DNA of 64,000 nt from the IMG/VR virus record IMGVR_UViG_3300034683_000117, positions 1 through 64,000 of that record; one strand, given 5' to 3'. The translations under genes were made by a program, and so were the position numbers. This stretch comes from a virus. Positions 20,891 to 30,647 of the stretch are shown here, one piece after another; the first letter of the stretch is position 1, and each line of letters begins with the position of its first letter. Below the pieces are notes generated by a model. The model did not search any database. It had not been told where the DNA came from and saw only the letters and a list, made by a program, of their open reading frames with translations.

Positions 20891-21901
20891 TCATACTTTC
20901 TGTTTAAAATTTTTGTATAATATTTCCCATATATCTTTTCTATCGCAAGGCGATTCTTTACTCTGTAATAATCCCCATTCATCTTTTATAGTGTAAATAT
21001 TTGTAATATTAACAGGTAATTTGAGTTTATCAATATTACTCTGTAATTCTTCGTCAGTTACATCTTGGTCGAGCGCAAATACTATGTCAACATTCATCCG
21101 TAATAATTTTTCTGCCTGAGCATCTGATAACTCCTTCCCTCCAATCGCAACTGCGTTGTGATAACCAAAAGAATCTAGCTTTAATACAGATTTTTCGGCT
21201 TCTACCACAATACACTCATGCTGTTTGGTAATTGCATCTTGGTTTTGATAATACCCATACAATATTTGTGATTTAGGACAAGGATATAGATACAAGTATT
21301 TAGGTTCTATATTATCTATTGCCCTGCCCTTCACACCTACTAATTGGCCAAATTCATCACGAATAGGAATAACTATACGCTCACTATCTATATCTATGCA
21401 AATCTCAAATTTATTTTGGGTATTGCAACAAATACCCTCATTATACCATATAATATGTGGTATTTTGATGTATTGTGTGAGTATATTTTCAGGTAAAATA
21501 GTCATTTTATTGAAATCATCTTTTTTGTTATTTTCTACAAAATTTAACCATTTTAAAATCTCTGGAACCCCGTCATCTTGCGATATATACGCTATATCAC
21601 ATACTTGACATATAATATCTATTGCTTGTGTGAACCCACAATTTTTTGTATATTGCACAAAAGAAACAATGTCTTTGTATGCATAATTATGCATAAATTC
21701 TGGACGTGTATAATCATTAACATTCCACTTATCAGTATATACACATACCGCGTTAGGATTATCTCCATCAGGGTTAGAGCATCGTATCTGGCCGCGATGT
21801 ACTGTAATATGTTGGCAACCAAGATACTCAAGCAACCCAAGCGCCTTATCAATATCAAGTTGCCGCTTAACATCACTGGCCAGCAAGACCTCACCACCCA
21901 T
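20891..21901 (-). CDS. DNA primase (DnaG-like)
   Basis: RIVIPIRD, GVKGR, KY.Y, VVEAEKS, TOPRIM ALDQD; adjacent to helicase. Confidence 0.88.
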   Translation of the reverse strand: MGGEVLLASDVKRQLDIDKALGLLEYLGCQHITVHRGQIRCSNPDGDNPNAVCVYTDKWNVNDYTRPEFMHNYAYKDIVSFVQYTKNCGFTQAIDIICQVCDIAYISQDDGVPEILKWLNFVENNKKDDFNKMTILPENILTQYIKIPHIIWYNEGICCNTQNKFEICIDIDSERIVIPIRDEFGQLVGVKGRAIDNIEPKYLYLYPCPKSQILYGYYQNQDAITKQHECIVVEAEKSVLKLDSFGYHNAVAIGGKELSDAQAEKLLRMNVDIVFALDQDVTDEELQSNIDKLKLPVNITNIYTIKDEWGLLQSKESPCDRKDIWEILYKNFKQKV

Positions 21902-21915
21902 CTATTATATATTAA

Positions 21916-23409
21916 TTATTCGGCGGTATCTTCTTTACCTTCGGATATATTTTCTTTAGCGGTAGCTTGGTATCTGGTTGCCCATCCTAACTCTTTAAAT
22001 ATGACTTTGCCCCTATCAACTTCATATATAATTTCCTTGTGGTCTTTACCACCACGATTTTTGTCAATAACACATAAATAGTAGTCTTTATGCATATCAA
22101 GATTAATTACTTGATTATTAAATGGATTGCCTGGCTGATAAATCCTGCATTGTATTTTTTGTTTATCATCATAATCCAGTTGCCTTGACATTTTGAGAAA
22201 ATCAAGGTTGTGCTTAATTTGTTTACCACTAGCAATACTTGATGAATTTAGTATCTTATTCATCAAGCTTTCATCAGTGAGCTGAAACGTGAGCCATAAA
22301 CACATATTAAGGCCACCCTTTTTCTCACTTCCTACTATGCGCTTTAGTTCTTCTGACGCTGCTACAAATTTTTCCCATGAATCCATACCTGCATTACCTT
22401 TGCGAAATGGTTTAAATGTGTCTATAATTGCAAAATTAATTCCGCGTAACTTGTGCTTTTTTAGTAATATTTTTAACGTTGTGTAATCATATACATCAGT
22501 TTCTATAAATTGTATCTTACTATTTTCTTCTATATACTTAGCGGCTTCTTGGCATATTTTATCTTCTGCCGCATTGCACTTACCCATTAATATTGTATCT
22601 TCATCTATTGTGATTCCTGTTTTAGGTGCAAACACGTTATTGACCACACAGGTTAGTAACATGCTGCGCCATTCTTCTTCATCTTGCTCGTTAACAATAA
22701 CTAGGGCAGGCACATGGTTAACAATACTTGTAAACGTCAATATATATGCCGCCTCACGACTTTTACCGTACCCTGAATGCATACCACTCGCATATACCTT
22801 ACCTAACCTCAATCCTCTGGCCAATGTATTGACTATTGGAAATGGTAATGGATATCCAATATCAGGATTAGCCTTTAGGGATTCATAAAATTCTGTCATG
22901 CCATCCCCTATAGGAATACTGTCATGCACATTTTTAATCTGACTACCTACTTGTGCTAATTGCATTTCATATGATTTTAGTATTTGATCAGGTGTCAAGG
23001 TAATTAACTTGTCAATATGTGGCAATACGTTAAATCCACGTTTATCAAGTTCCCGCAGCAGTGTATAAGTTTTAAGTTGATTATACAGCGGTTGCAACGA
23101 CTGTTGTACGTGTGCAACATCCATTAATCGCTTATACGTATCATAGCCGCCAAGCTTATTAAACATCTCTTGCTGTTCACGTGTTAGCTTGCTTACTTCA
23201 ATATTAATTGCAGTAGCGTCAACCACGTCGTGATTAAGGAAAGCATTAGCTAATATTGTATATAAAAAACGTAAATTATTATCTGTAAAATCTTCCTCAG
23301 GGTTAATCAATTCTATATATTCTGTTAGTAACTGTGGTTCACGTGAAATAATACCGAGTACCAGTGATTCAGTCGCAATATCTTGGATAATAGCTACCAC
23401 ATCCTTCAA
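21916..23409 (-). CDS. Replicative DNA helicase (DnaB-like)
   Basis: GMHSGYGKS Walker A, NEQ, IIDT, QL, DKNRGG. Confidence 0.85.
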   Translation of the reverse strand: MKDVVAIIQDIATESLVLGIISREPQLLTEYIELINPEEDFTDNNLRFLYTILANAFLNHDVVDATAINIEVSKLTREQQEMFNKLGGYDTYKRLMDVAHVQQSLQPLYNQLKTYTLLRELDKRGFNVLPHIDKLITLTPDQILKSYEMQLAQVGSQIKNVHDSIPIGDGMTEFYESLKANPDIGYPLPFPIVNTLARGLRLGKVYASGMHSGYGKSREAAYILTFTSIVNHVPALVIVNEQDEEEWRSMLLTCVVNNVFAPKTGITIDEDTILMGKCNAAEDKICQEAAKYIEENSKIQFIETDVYDYTTLKILLKKHKLRGINFAIIDTFKPFRKGNAGMDSWEKFVAASEELKRIVGSEKKGGLNMCLWLTFQLTDESLMNKILNSSSIASGKQIKHNLDFLKMSRQLDYDDKQKIQCRIYQPGNPFNNQVINLDMHKDYYLCVIDKNRGGKDHKEIIYEVDRGKVIFKELGWATRYQATAKENISEGKEDTAE

Positions 23410-23978
23410 TCAAACATATGTTCATAATCTATATTATCTTGTACATTTTGAACATAATTTGTATTATCGACAAATTCTATATTAGTATCTGGTGTCTGTA
23501 CCGATTGTTTCAATTTATCTTGCTCGTATTGTTTGCTAAAACTATCTATATTTCCCTGTATAGCTTTCATAATATATCTGCATTTTGCAACGTCATTCTT
23601 AAATTGTATTTGCGACATACGCTTAGATAAATACGGTTCTAAACTTTTTAAGCAGGCCAATATGGTATCATAGCTATACCCTGCATATCGACGAGTTTTG
23701 TTAGCATACGTATTACCATTGCGCAGGTCGCTCATACTTGTATACATTTCATGAGGAATCATTTTGTAAAAATACTTATCTTGGATATATTGATATAAAG
23801 CGTCTTTTTCTTTATGTTCTTGTGATACAAATTCATAGCACCGTTTATGATAGGGCGCGCATATTGGCTGCCCGTCAGGGCGAAGATAAATTACACCCTG
23901 ACGATTACGTTTTGGAACTTGCACTAGATCATTTGGCGCAATCTCGCTATGGCAATACACACATTTAGACATCAGCAT
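23406..23978 (-). CDS. Hypothetical replication protein (possible helicase loader)
   Basis: CVYC...H..C Zn motif; coupled upstream of helicase as in SPbeta-like phages. Confidence 0.55.
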   Translation of the reverse strand: MLMSKCVYCHSEIAPNDLVQVPKRNRQGVIYLRPDGQPICAPYHKRCYEFVSQEHKEKDALYQYIQDKYFYKMIPHEMYTSMSDLRNGNTYANKTRRYAGYSYDTILACLKSLEPYLSKRMSQIQFKNDVAKCRYIMKAIQGNIDSFSKQYEQDKLKQSVQTPDTNIEFVDNTNYVQNVQDNIDYEHMFD

Positions 23979-24234
23979 CGCCTGTTATATCTTGTTCTGC
24001 GCTGTCTGGCAATACCCCAAGTTCAACATCAACTTCTTTGTCTTTATTCACTTGTATTTTCCGTTTTGGCTTATTAACTGGTTCAACCACATCAGTACTG
24101 ACCCATTGCGGCCACTTTACTTTATATCCTTTATCATCGACTACATTGACTTCTATAAGAATTGCATTATCAGATACCTGTATTACTGTATACACCTGAT
24201 CGCCAAACTTAACCTTATCGCCTACTTCAAACAT
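23965..24234 (-). CDS. Hypothetical protein (SH3/KOW-like N-terminus)
   Basis: MFEVGDKV; first gene after a conserved promoter. Confidence 0.6.
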   Translation of the reverse strand: MFEVGDKVKFGDQVYTVIQVSDNAILIEVNVVDDKGYKVKWPQWVSTDVVEPVNKPKRKIQVNKDKEVDVELGVLPDSAEQDITGDADV

Positions 24235-24249
24235 ATTCTATCCCCTTTC

Positions 24250-24300
24250 TATACCCTTATATTATAATTATATCATATGATGGTTGGATTGTCAAGCATT
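24250..24300 (-). promoter_or_regulatory. Sigma-A-type promoter with conserved spacer (copy 2)
   Basis: TTGACAATCCAACCATCATATGATATAATTATA. Confidence 0.75.
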
Positions 24301-24559
24301 ATTTTAATTTTATACACACCTATTTATAGGTTTTATACAAAAAATATTCTGTTATGCCAAGCAACAATAACAATACTGGAATTGACAACTTGAACCTCCC
24401 ATTACTAAAGTAATAGGATTCCTGTTTCATCGATTTCGTAACCTCCATCTCCACAGGCTTAAAATCCGACAGTTCCTGCCGTACTTGTTTTGTTACTGTT
24501 ATTCATGATACAGCTCTTTACTCATGACTGAAGTCACGAACGTACAAAGCTTTTTAACA

Positions 24560-24865
24560 TCAATTGGAATGTATAAGATATACAAAATGGCCGAATAGTC
24601 CAAGTGCGGTTATATAACCGTTTGGGAAATCTGTCCTGTACAAGCTGAATACCAGATAGTTGGAAAACTCTGTTGATGTATGCAGATATTCGCTTATTAT
24701 ATCGCTGGACATTCCATTAGTGAATAAATGCAGTGGAGAGTCCCCATTGATTTCTTTTGCCATTTCCCGCTCGGCAAAATCCTGCATCCAAGTAATATAA
24801 CCGTGCCATGACGGGTTTGAAATCATTGCCATAGCTATGATGACTATAATACAGATTATTGCCAT
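24560..24865 (-). CDS. DUF4359-like membrane-anchored protein
   Basis: TM followed by SNPS...NYLVFSLY...LGLFGHF. Confidence 0.6.
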   Translation of the reverse strand: MAIICIIVIIAMAMISNPSWHGYITWMQDFAEREMAKEINGDSPLHLFTNGMSSDIISEYLHTSTEFSNYLVFSLYRTDFPNGYITALGLFGHFVYLIHSN

Positions 24866-24983
24866 AATGATACTACTGATTTTATCTATACATAAACCCT
24901 CCTATCTGGCCTGCTGGTTGGGCAGTGCATTTTGTATCACATATGATTTATACCCCTTTGTTAGATAATATTTGCAGGTGCTA

Positions 24984-25068
24984 TGATGCGGATAACGTAG
25001 GCATTATGCCTTGGTCTAGTCAATTAAGGCTTTTTACAAGCCTACGACTTTAGTCGTGGGTAGTTCAT
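24984..25068 (+). mobile_element. IS200/IS605-family right-end remnant
   Basis: AAGCCTACGACTTTAGTCGTGGGTAGTTCA subterminal hairpin; no transposase. Confidence 0.65.
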
Positions 25069-25166
25069 TCCCCTCAATACAAACATCTTTAGTATGCATA
25101 TTAACATACAAAACAGCTAATCGATACTTAATATTATTGCTGATTTGACGTATTATATTAACTATA

Positions 25167-25388
25167 TTACTTTTCAATATTGTACGTGCTCCTTTTCCAC
25201 GAAATAATGCCATGGATATTCAGTATAGAATAACATATAAATAACACCACTTGTGCCATATTAGGCGTTTTGAACGCTATAATAACCCACAGGATATTGC
25301 TGAGTATCCAAACATAGAAGCCTTCAACCCGCTTTTTGTTAACTAGCAGATTACCAGTCAAACTTAAAACAGTTGCGATCCAAGACAT
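25167..25388 (-). CDS. Small PnuC-like (nicotinamide riboside transporter-like) membrane protein
   Basis: Three TM helices, G..L...K...GF.VW..SN.LW...GI.SW. Confidence 0.6.
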   Translation of the reverse strand: MSWIATVLSLTGNLLVNKKRVEGFYVWILSNILWVIIAFKTPNMAQVVLFICYSILNIHGIISWKRSTYNIEK

Positions 25389-25434
25389 ACGAATTCCTTT
25401 CTATATGCTATGAAATGCCGTCGGGAATATACCC

Positions 25435-26025
25435 CTATTCAAAACATATGATGTTATTAATATCGCCGACTACATCTTCTATAGTTCTATCTGCATTAAT
25501 TACATAATCGCACTTAATACAATTGAATTTCTCCGCATCATGAGCATATCTTTGATATACCTTGTTTATATCGTCTTGCGTTATAGCATTGGCTCGTTTA
25601 AGCATTCGTTCCATACGCACACTGGCTGATGCATATAATGCAATAGTGATGATTCTTGCGTCAAATACAGTGTATTGCAGTTGACTCGCTCCATACGGGT
25701 CTATTACGTAAATAGATATATCATGTCCGCGATATTGTTCTTTTGTAGCCCAATAATAATGCCCATCGAACAAGGTCTCCGCCATGATAATGCCATGTTG
25801 CTTATGCTGCTGATACATAGACTCGTCTGTAAATATATGTCCCCACTCATCATCGCCACGTGGTGGCCGTGTGGTATATGATTGGATAACATTGTACCCT
25901 TGCTGAGCCAACTCTTTTGCAACAGTTGTTTTGCCTGTACCACTAGCGCCTATTAAACATACAAGCTGGGGCAAATTATTTTGAGAAAATAACGTACCAA
26001 ATTCAGCATCTTCTAATGTTTGCAT
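25435..26025 (-). CDS. gmk: Guanylate kinase-like protein
   Basis: GASGTGKT, SYTTRPPR, H.F, YVIDP.G. Confidence 0.85.
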   Translation of the reverse strand: MQTLEDAEFGTLFSQNNLPQLVCLIGASGTGKTTVAKELAQQGYNVIQSYTTRPPRGDDEWGHIFTDESMYQQHKQHGIIMAETLFDGHYYWATKEQYRGHDISIYVIDPYGASQLQYTVFDARIITIALYASASVRMERMLKRANAITQDDINKVYQRYAHDAEKFNCIKCDYVINADRTIEDVVGDINNIICFE

Positions 26026-26088
26026 AATCTACTCCTTTGCGAGCTATTTTGAATTTATATAAATAAATACTTCATAATAATCTTTACC

Positions 26089-26200
26089 CGTGAGGAAACC
26101 GCTACTTTAGTGGTGATATGAGCGGGTTTCCTCCTTTCTTATAAGATTATTCTAACAATAAGACTTTTACAAGCCTACATCTTCAGAGGTGGGTAGTTAA
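26089..26200 (+). mobile_element. Miniature IS200/IS605-derived element (left-end-like plus right-end hairpins)
   Basis: GAGGAAACCGCTACTTTAGTGGTG...GGTTTCCTC followed by AAGCCTACATCTTCAGAGGTGGGTAGTT, similar to the 25037 copy. Confidence 0.5.
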
Positions 26201-26227
26201 CAATAATATTTGTCCATCCCCCTTCTA

Positions 26228-26383
26228 TTAAGGTTGACGCAATTCTTTTTGCAAAGCTTCTATGGTCTCAATCAGATCGAGGCCGTCTGTTGATAATTTG
26301 CTAACCAACGACGATATATTACCTTTTTTACAACGCGTGAAATATTCCTTCATATCTATTATTTGTTCATCGCTCAACCTCAT
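26228..26383 (-). CDS. Small hypothetical protein (51 aa, not in ORF track)
   Basis: MRLSDEQIIDMKEYFTRCKKG...QKELRQP*; AAAGG RBS. Confidence 0.45.
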   Translation of the reverse strand: MRLSDEQIIDMKEYFTRCKKGNISSLVSKLSTDGLDLIETIEALQKELRQP

Positions 26384-26399
26384 AAAAATATTGACCTTT

Positions 26400-26705
26400 C
26401 TATCTCTTAATCATTGCGCGCACAGATCGCATAGCTGCATACACACTATGAGATTCTCTATCAATCGTATAATCGCGACTAAATGTAGTCGACCAAGGTT
26501 TTACCTGCATGTTTGTAGACATACTATATATAGCATCGTTCAAATCGCCAACAGCATCATGAATTTGTGTTGCTTTATCTGTTTTACCTTCCGCAAATAA
26601 CCTTGACGCTATATTATCCGCTATATAAGCAAACTGTTCTGCTTCGGCAATGACGTTATTGCCAAGAGTCGTTGAATTAATATCATAATTTGATCCACAT
26701 AACAT
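26400..26705 (-). CDS. Hypothetical protein
   Basis: AAGGA RBS; fits the operon. Confidence 0.55.
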   Translation of the reverse strand: MLCGSNYDINSTTLGNNVIAEAEQFAYIADNIASRLFAEGKTDKATQIHDAVGDLNDAIYSMSTNMQVKPWSTTFSRDYTIDRESHSVYAAMRSVRAMIKR

Positions 26706-26744
26706 AATTATATGTCCTTCTTTCTATTACTGTATGAAGCAATT

Positions 26745-26951
26745 CTATGCAATTTGATACGCTTTGCCATAAATACCGTATACATCATCTACAAGAACCA
26801 GATCACCAGTAGCTATCCAAGTATCATTGCCATCATCATCTGCAACAATAGATCCATCTTCTTCATATAACTGGAAGATGTCACCCTTTTTCAGATCAAC
26901 AAATGACATTTTTACCCATTGTCCATTATATAAAACCTTCGCTGTACGCAT
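26745..26951 (-). CDS. Hypothetical protein
   Basis: GGAGG RBS; F.DLKKGD.F.L.E.DG motif common in phage small proteins. Confidence 0.65.
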   Translation of the reverse strand: MRTAKVLYNGQWVKMSFVDLKKGDIFQLYEEDGSIVADDDGNDTWIATGDLVLVDDVYGIYGKAYQIA

Positions 26952-26961
26952 TTTGTACCTC

Positions 26962-27360
26962 CTATATATTCAATGTGTTTTGCATATATTCCAACAAAAG
27001 CTTACCGATTGGATGTTTTTCCAATTTCTTTTGAAAATCTAACATTGTTATTCCAGTTATTTCGTCGTTTTCTAAATCTCTTAATACAACAATGCCTGGT
27101 GTATCTTCTTCACCATACGATGGACGCGGTTGTCCAAAACTGATATATATGGTGTCGGTCTCTTTATCGTAATTAATACTAATTTGTTCAACTACATCAT
27201 GGTGTATATCTAGCGATATATCAACCTGTTTGTTGCTATCATCATTTAACTTATTACTATTATTCATAGCAAAGTCTGTCTCCGACAAATTCAAACAATC
27301 TCCAACTATATCTCCGTTGTTACATGGTTTCAAAATAATGTTTATATCTTTATATTCCAT
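26962..27360 (-). CDS. DUF2283 domain protein
   Basis: INYDKETDTIYISF...GIVVLRD...EITGITMLDF. Confidence 0.7.
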   Translation of the reverse strand: MEYKDINIILKPCNNGDIVGDCLNLSETDFAMNNSNKLNDDSNKQVDISLDIHHDVVEQISINYDKETDTIYISFGQPRPSYGEEDTPGIVVLRDLENDEITGITMLDFQKKLEKHPIGKLLLEYMQNTLNI

Positions 27361-27361
27361 G

Positions 27362-27718
27362 TTAATCCCACCATTCAGTTAAATTTTGTTTAATTGTGTC
27401 ACACAATTTGTCAATATTCTCCTGTTCTCCTTCGCCCAAGTAAATAGCGTCTATATAAGCAATGCATTGGCGGATCTCTGTCGCATACTTATCACTATCA
27501 GCAGCATGACCGTATTTTTCAAAATAGTTGGCCATGTTCTTTAGCTTATGCTTCAAAAGAGCCAGGAAATACCAATAATCTATATCAGAGTCGTACCATA
27601 TAACTGGTAACCAATTAAATAAATTGCGTACTCCATTGATAAGCAAGTGCCATGCATCAGAAATATGATATAATAAATGTTTCATAATACAATGAACTCC
27701 AAACCGTGCGCATTGCAA
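27362..27718 (-). CDS. Hypothetical phage protein
   Basis: NLFNWLPVIWYD.D.DY...WWD end. Confidence 0.65.
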   Translation of the reverse strand: MQCARFGVHCIMKHLLYHISDAWHLLINGVRNLFNWLPVIWYDSDIDYWYFLALLKHKLKNMANYFEKYGHAADSDKYATEIRQCIAYIDAIYLGEGEQENIDKLCDTIKQNLTEWWD

Positions 27719-28002
27719 AATTCTTTGACTATGTTTAAATTATTAATATTAACAATAGCTACAACCATTGGATCTCGCATTATTATTTTATCAACTTGGT
27801 TATCTGTCTTGTCCTGTTTAACAAGCGTTGACTCAATAAGCTCTGCAGCGTTATAACATGTATCGCCACAACCAGGCCAATCCGTAGGCTGTCTATAGAG
27901 TGCATCGCCCAATTCTCGCAAATCTATGATAATCTGATTCATATTGTTATCCATTGTTTCCCTTTCCTTATTCCTGTGGCATATAGAATACATAGCCGTC
28001 AA
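27682..28002 (-). CDS. Hypothetical protein (true start probably MDNNMNQ)
   Basis: Fits the operon. Confidence 0.5.
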   Translation of the reverse strand: MTAMYSICHRNKERETMDNNMNQIIIDLRELGDALYRQPTDWPGCGDTCYNAAELIESTLVKQDKTDNQVDKIIMRDPMVVAIVNINNLNIVKEFCNAHGLEFIVL

Positions 28003-28189
28003 ACTTGGCTATTTCATCCAGCACTTCTATTGCACGCGCCATGGATTCATATGCTCCTAATAAGATAAATGTTTCGTTATCACTAGCTAAAGAATATGCA
28101 ACAATCTGATACGACGTATTAGGAGTAATTTCAAGACATATCCCAGCCGTATCCAATAACCATTTATTATTTTGACTTTTTATCAGCAT
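27968..28189 (-). CDS. Hypothetical phage protein
   Basis: IKSQ...LGAYES..RAIEVLDEI...FYMPQE; GGAGG RBS. Confidence 0.7.
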   Translation of the reverse strand: MLIKSQNNKWLLDTAGICLEITPNTSYQIVAYSLASDNETFILLGAYESMARAIEVLDEIAKFDGYVFYMPQE

Positions 28190-28444
28190 GATAAATTCCT
28201 CCTATAAAATTAGTGACTACTCCACACCACCAGTTATAAAGCTTTCTGCTCAGTCGTCAGATGGTTCTGTATCTGTAGTTATCTGTTCATTACCATCCCG
28301 CATCCGTCTATTCAACGCTAACTGTAATGTATCTCGCAAATATTGTTCTGTGACAGTGCTGAATAGTTAGATCATCGCCTTCTCTTAAAATAACAATAAC
28401 TTGCTTATCATCCATAATTTATACCCTTTCTTTGATAATTTCTA

Positions 28445-28518
28445 TGGAGCACCTGTGGAGACTTGAACTCCAATTAATGGATTACAAATCCAACGTTCTA
28501 CCGTTAAACTACAGGTGC
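28445..28518 (-). tRNA. tRNA-Thr (anticodon UGU)
   Basis: GCACCTG/CAGGTGC acceptor stem, D arm GTTT/GAAC, anticodon loop TTTGTAA, T arm TGGAG-TTCAAGT-CTCCA, encoded CCA. Confidence 0.9.
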
Positions 28519-28587
28519 ATAGCGGAGATATAATCTCCGCATATATAAAACGCTCTAGATCAGGAGACGATGCCTTTAAAGAACGTT

Positions 28588-28974
28588 TTAAACATATGGT
28601 ATTTCTGTGGTCTTGTCATATGTCGGTCGATATTCCATACGATATTTAGTTGTACGAATCTTCCCAGTATAACTTCTTAATATTTCCATACAATCTGGAC
28701 ATATTACTTCAATGTTGTTAAAAAAGATAAATCTTCTTTTAGGATATATACGCCTACGTACTATTGCATTCGAAAGCCTTTTGACCTCTTCCGCTTTTTC
28801 ATAGCGTATACGTCTAAACAACTTATGTTTACCATGATAAAATAACCAATCTTCTTGTTTTAACTCTTTACGGTTAAAATCAGTTGCTTCATATAAATAT
28901 ATTGTTCCTTTACATCTATCGCACTGTATTTCAACACATTCTACAGGTATATGTTTTATTACAGTCTGTTCCAT
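28588..28974 (-). CDS. Hypothetical protein (CxxC...CxxC)
   Basis: GGAGG RBS; CDRC and CPDC. Confidence 0.6.
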   Translation of the reverse strand: MEQTVIKHIPVECVEIQCDRCKGTIYLYEATDFNRKELKQEDWLFYHGKHKLFRRIRYEKAEEVKRLSNAIVRRRIYPKRRFIFFNNIEVICPDCMEILRSYTGKIRTTKYRMEYRPTYDKTTEIPYV

Positions 28975-28982
28975 TTTGCCTC

Positions 28983-29588
28983 CTATTTTATGATCTTAAC
29001 TTTCAAATTTCTTCTTCCAAAATTTAATGCTTCTTGTTTTGTAGCCATAAATATATCTATATCATTGCCCGTTATTGCCCCGCCACGATCTTCAACCACA
29101 AACACGCAATCGAAGCCTTCTATCTTAACTTTTGTACCGAATGGGTATTTTTTACTCATGGCAATTGTATGATACGGACGGGCTTTTACTCCACTTGCTG
29201 TTATACCTTTGCCATTCATGCCTTCATCATACGCGGTATAAGCCGTAACCTCGGCAATAAAATCGTACCGCGTCTCTTCTCTGCTTGGTTGAGCAGGTTG
29301 CTTCTTCGGTTTGGGTTGATTCTGCACAGGCTGTATTGGCTGAACTGGTGTTGCTTGCACCGCAGGCTCCTCTTTTACATTAATATCTGGCATTTCGTTT
29401 TGTATGCGGCTGACAAATTCCTGCCGTGTTTCTATTTTAGGCAATTGAATTGGTATTGTATGCTGCGTTTTTTCCATCATCAGTAATAATATAAATAATC
29501 CTAAAACAAGTAAACAATATGATACAAGTTTTCTAATCGTGCTCATTACGCCCCGCAGCAGCACACAACGCAGCAACAGTAAACCCAA
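28983..29588 (-). CDS. 3D-domain cell-wall protein (true start probably MSTIRK)
   Basis: N-terminal TM, VTAYT..GITASG, IA....PFGT, VEDRGGAI..DIDIF. Confidence 0.85.
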   Translation of the reverse strand: MGLLLLRCVLLRGVMSTIRKLVSYCLLVLGLFILLLMMEKTQHTIPIQLPKIETRQEFVSRIQNEMPDINVKEEPAVQATPVQPIQPVQNQPKPKKQPAQPSREETRYDFIAEVTAYTAYDEGMNGKGITASGVKARPYHTIAMSKKYPFGTKVKIEGFDCVFVVEDRGGAITGNDIDIFMATKQEALNFGRRNLKVKIIK

Positions 29589-29666
29589 AGAGAAATCCTA
29601 TTCCTATACCTAATATAAACAACATATTATATATCCTTTCAATTATCATAATCTAAATTATGATTC

Positions 29667-29694
29667 TGTAGTATAGGGTTTGCCCTATACTACA
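29667..29694. terminator. Hairpin terminator
   Basis: GTAGTATAGGG-tttg-CCCTATACTAC at the end of the Sak4-like gene. Confidence 0.55.
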
Positions 29695-30625
29695 ATTGGC
29701 TTATTTCTGACAATACATTATTTGCAATTCCAGCATCAGTTAACATATTGGGATTTTGCACATTGTATTTAGTTAATATATCCATCACTTGTTTTGCTTT
29801 GCCATTAGACGCTTTCTCATTGGCAACAGCTTTAATTTCTGTAATCAAATTTTCTAGCTCCACATCGTCAAACTGTGTCGTATCTTGTTCAACACCCTTG
29901 TTTAAATCAATGTCTCCCACTGGCGCATTGGCTGATTCTTCAAATATTGCCTTCCAGTTATCGAATGATGGATTGTCTATCTCGTCACCAATATTGTATA
30001 AACGGGTACGGTCTTTCTCTACAACAGCATATCTACGATTCTGTTCTTTATCGTATACAAGTTTTATTACTATATCAAAATCAAAATCTAGCCCTTTCAC
30101 ACCGTCGTATTTTTCCCCAACTTTAACCCACTCGTCTCCAACATGTGTTTTTTCTTCTGATAAATGAGCAGTAACTACTACATTTTTGCCTTTTGCGGCA
30201 AGATTAATTAATTTAGCATTAATACGTTTATGCACTAATTTAATCTTACCCCACTCACGCTGCGATAAGCCTTCGCTAAATGGATTACGCCCATTTTCTC
30301 TGGCTCTACGCTCCACAACCACTAACCCTGAATGTTGCAGGTTTTCATACATTTTGGTTTCACTGTCTAGTACAACTGTATCTATATCATTAAAATATTG
30401 CCTAGACAATTCATCAATTGCATCTTCAATCTCTTTAGCCGATGTCGTAACTAAACGCAACGCCATATTAGGATTGTCAACATAGTGAACTGTCCCATCT
30501 TCTGTATCAATTACAGCGCATCTTGGAAATGTTAAAGCAAACCAGCTCTTGCCAACACCCGAATTGCCATAGACTAATATCTTGACACCTCTTTTTTCCT
30601 TTTGCGGTTTTTGAAATAATCCCAT
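29690..30625 (-). CDS. Sak4-like AAA ATPase / ssDNA-annealing protein
   Basis: YGNSGVGKS, IDTE, VLDS, TAH, EKDRT. Confidence 0.8.
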   Translation of the reverse strand: MGLFQKPQKEKRGVKILVYGNSGVGKSWFALTFPRCAVIDTEDGTVHYVDNPNMALRLVTTSAKEIEDAIDELSRQYFNDIDTVVLDSETKMYENLQHSGLVVVERRARENGRNPFSEGLSQREWGKIKLVHKRINAKLINLAAKGKNVVVTAHLSEEKTHVGDEWVKVGEKYDGVKGLDFDFDIVIKLVYDKEQNRRYAVVEKDRTRLYNIGDEIDNPSFDNWKAIFEESANAPVGDIDLNKGVEQDTTQFDDVELENLITEIKAVANEKASNGKAKQVMDILTKYNVQNPNMLTDAGIANNVLSEISQL

Positions 30626-30647
30626 TAATCATATCCTCCTTGTTTTC

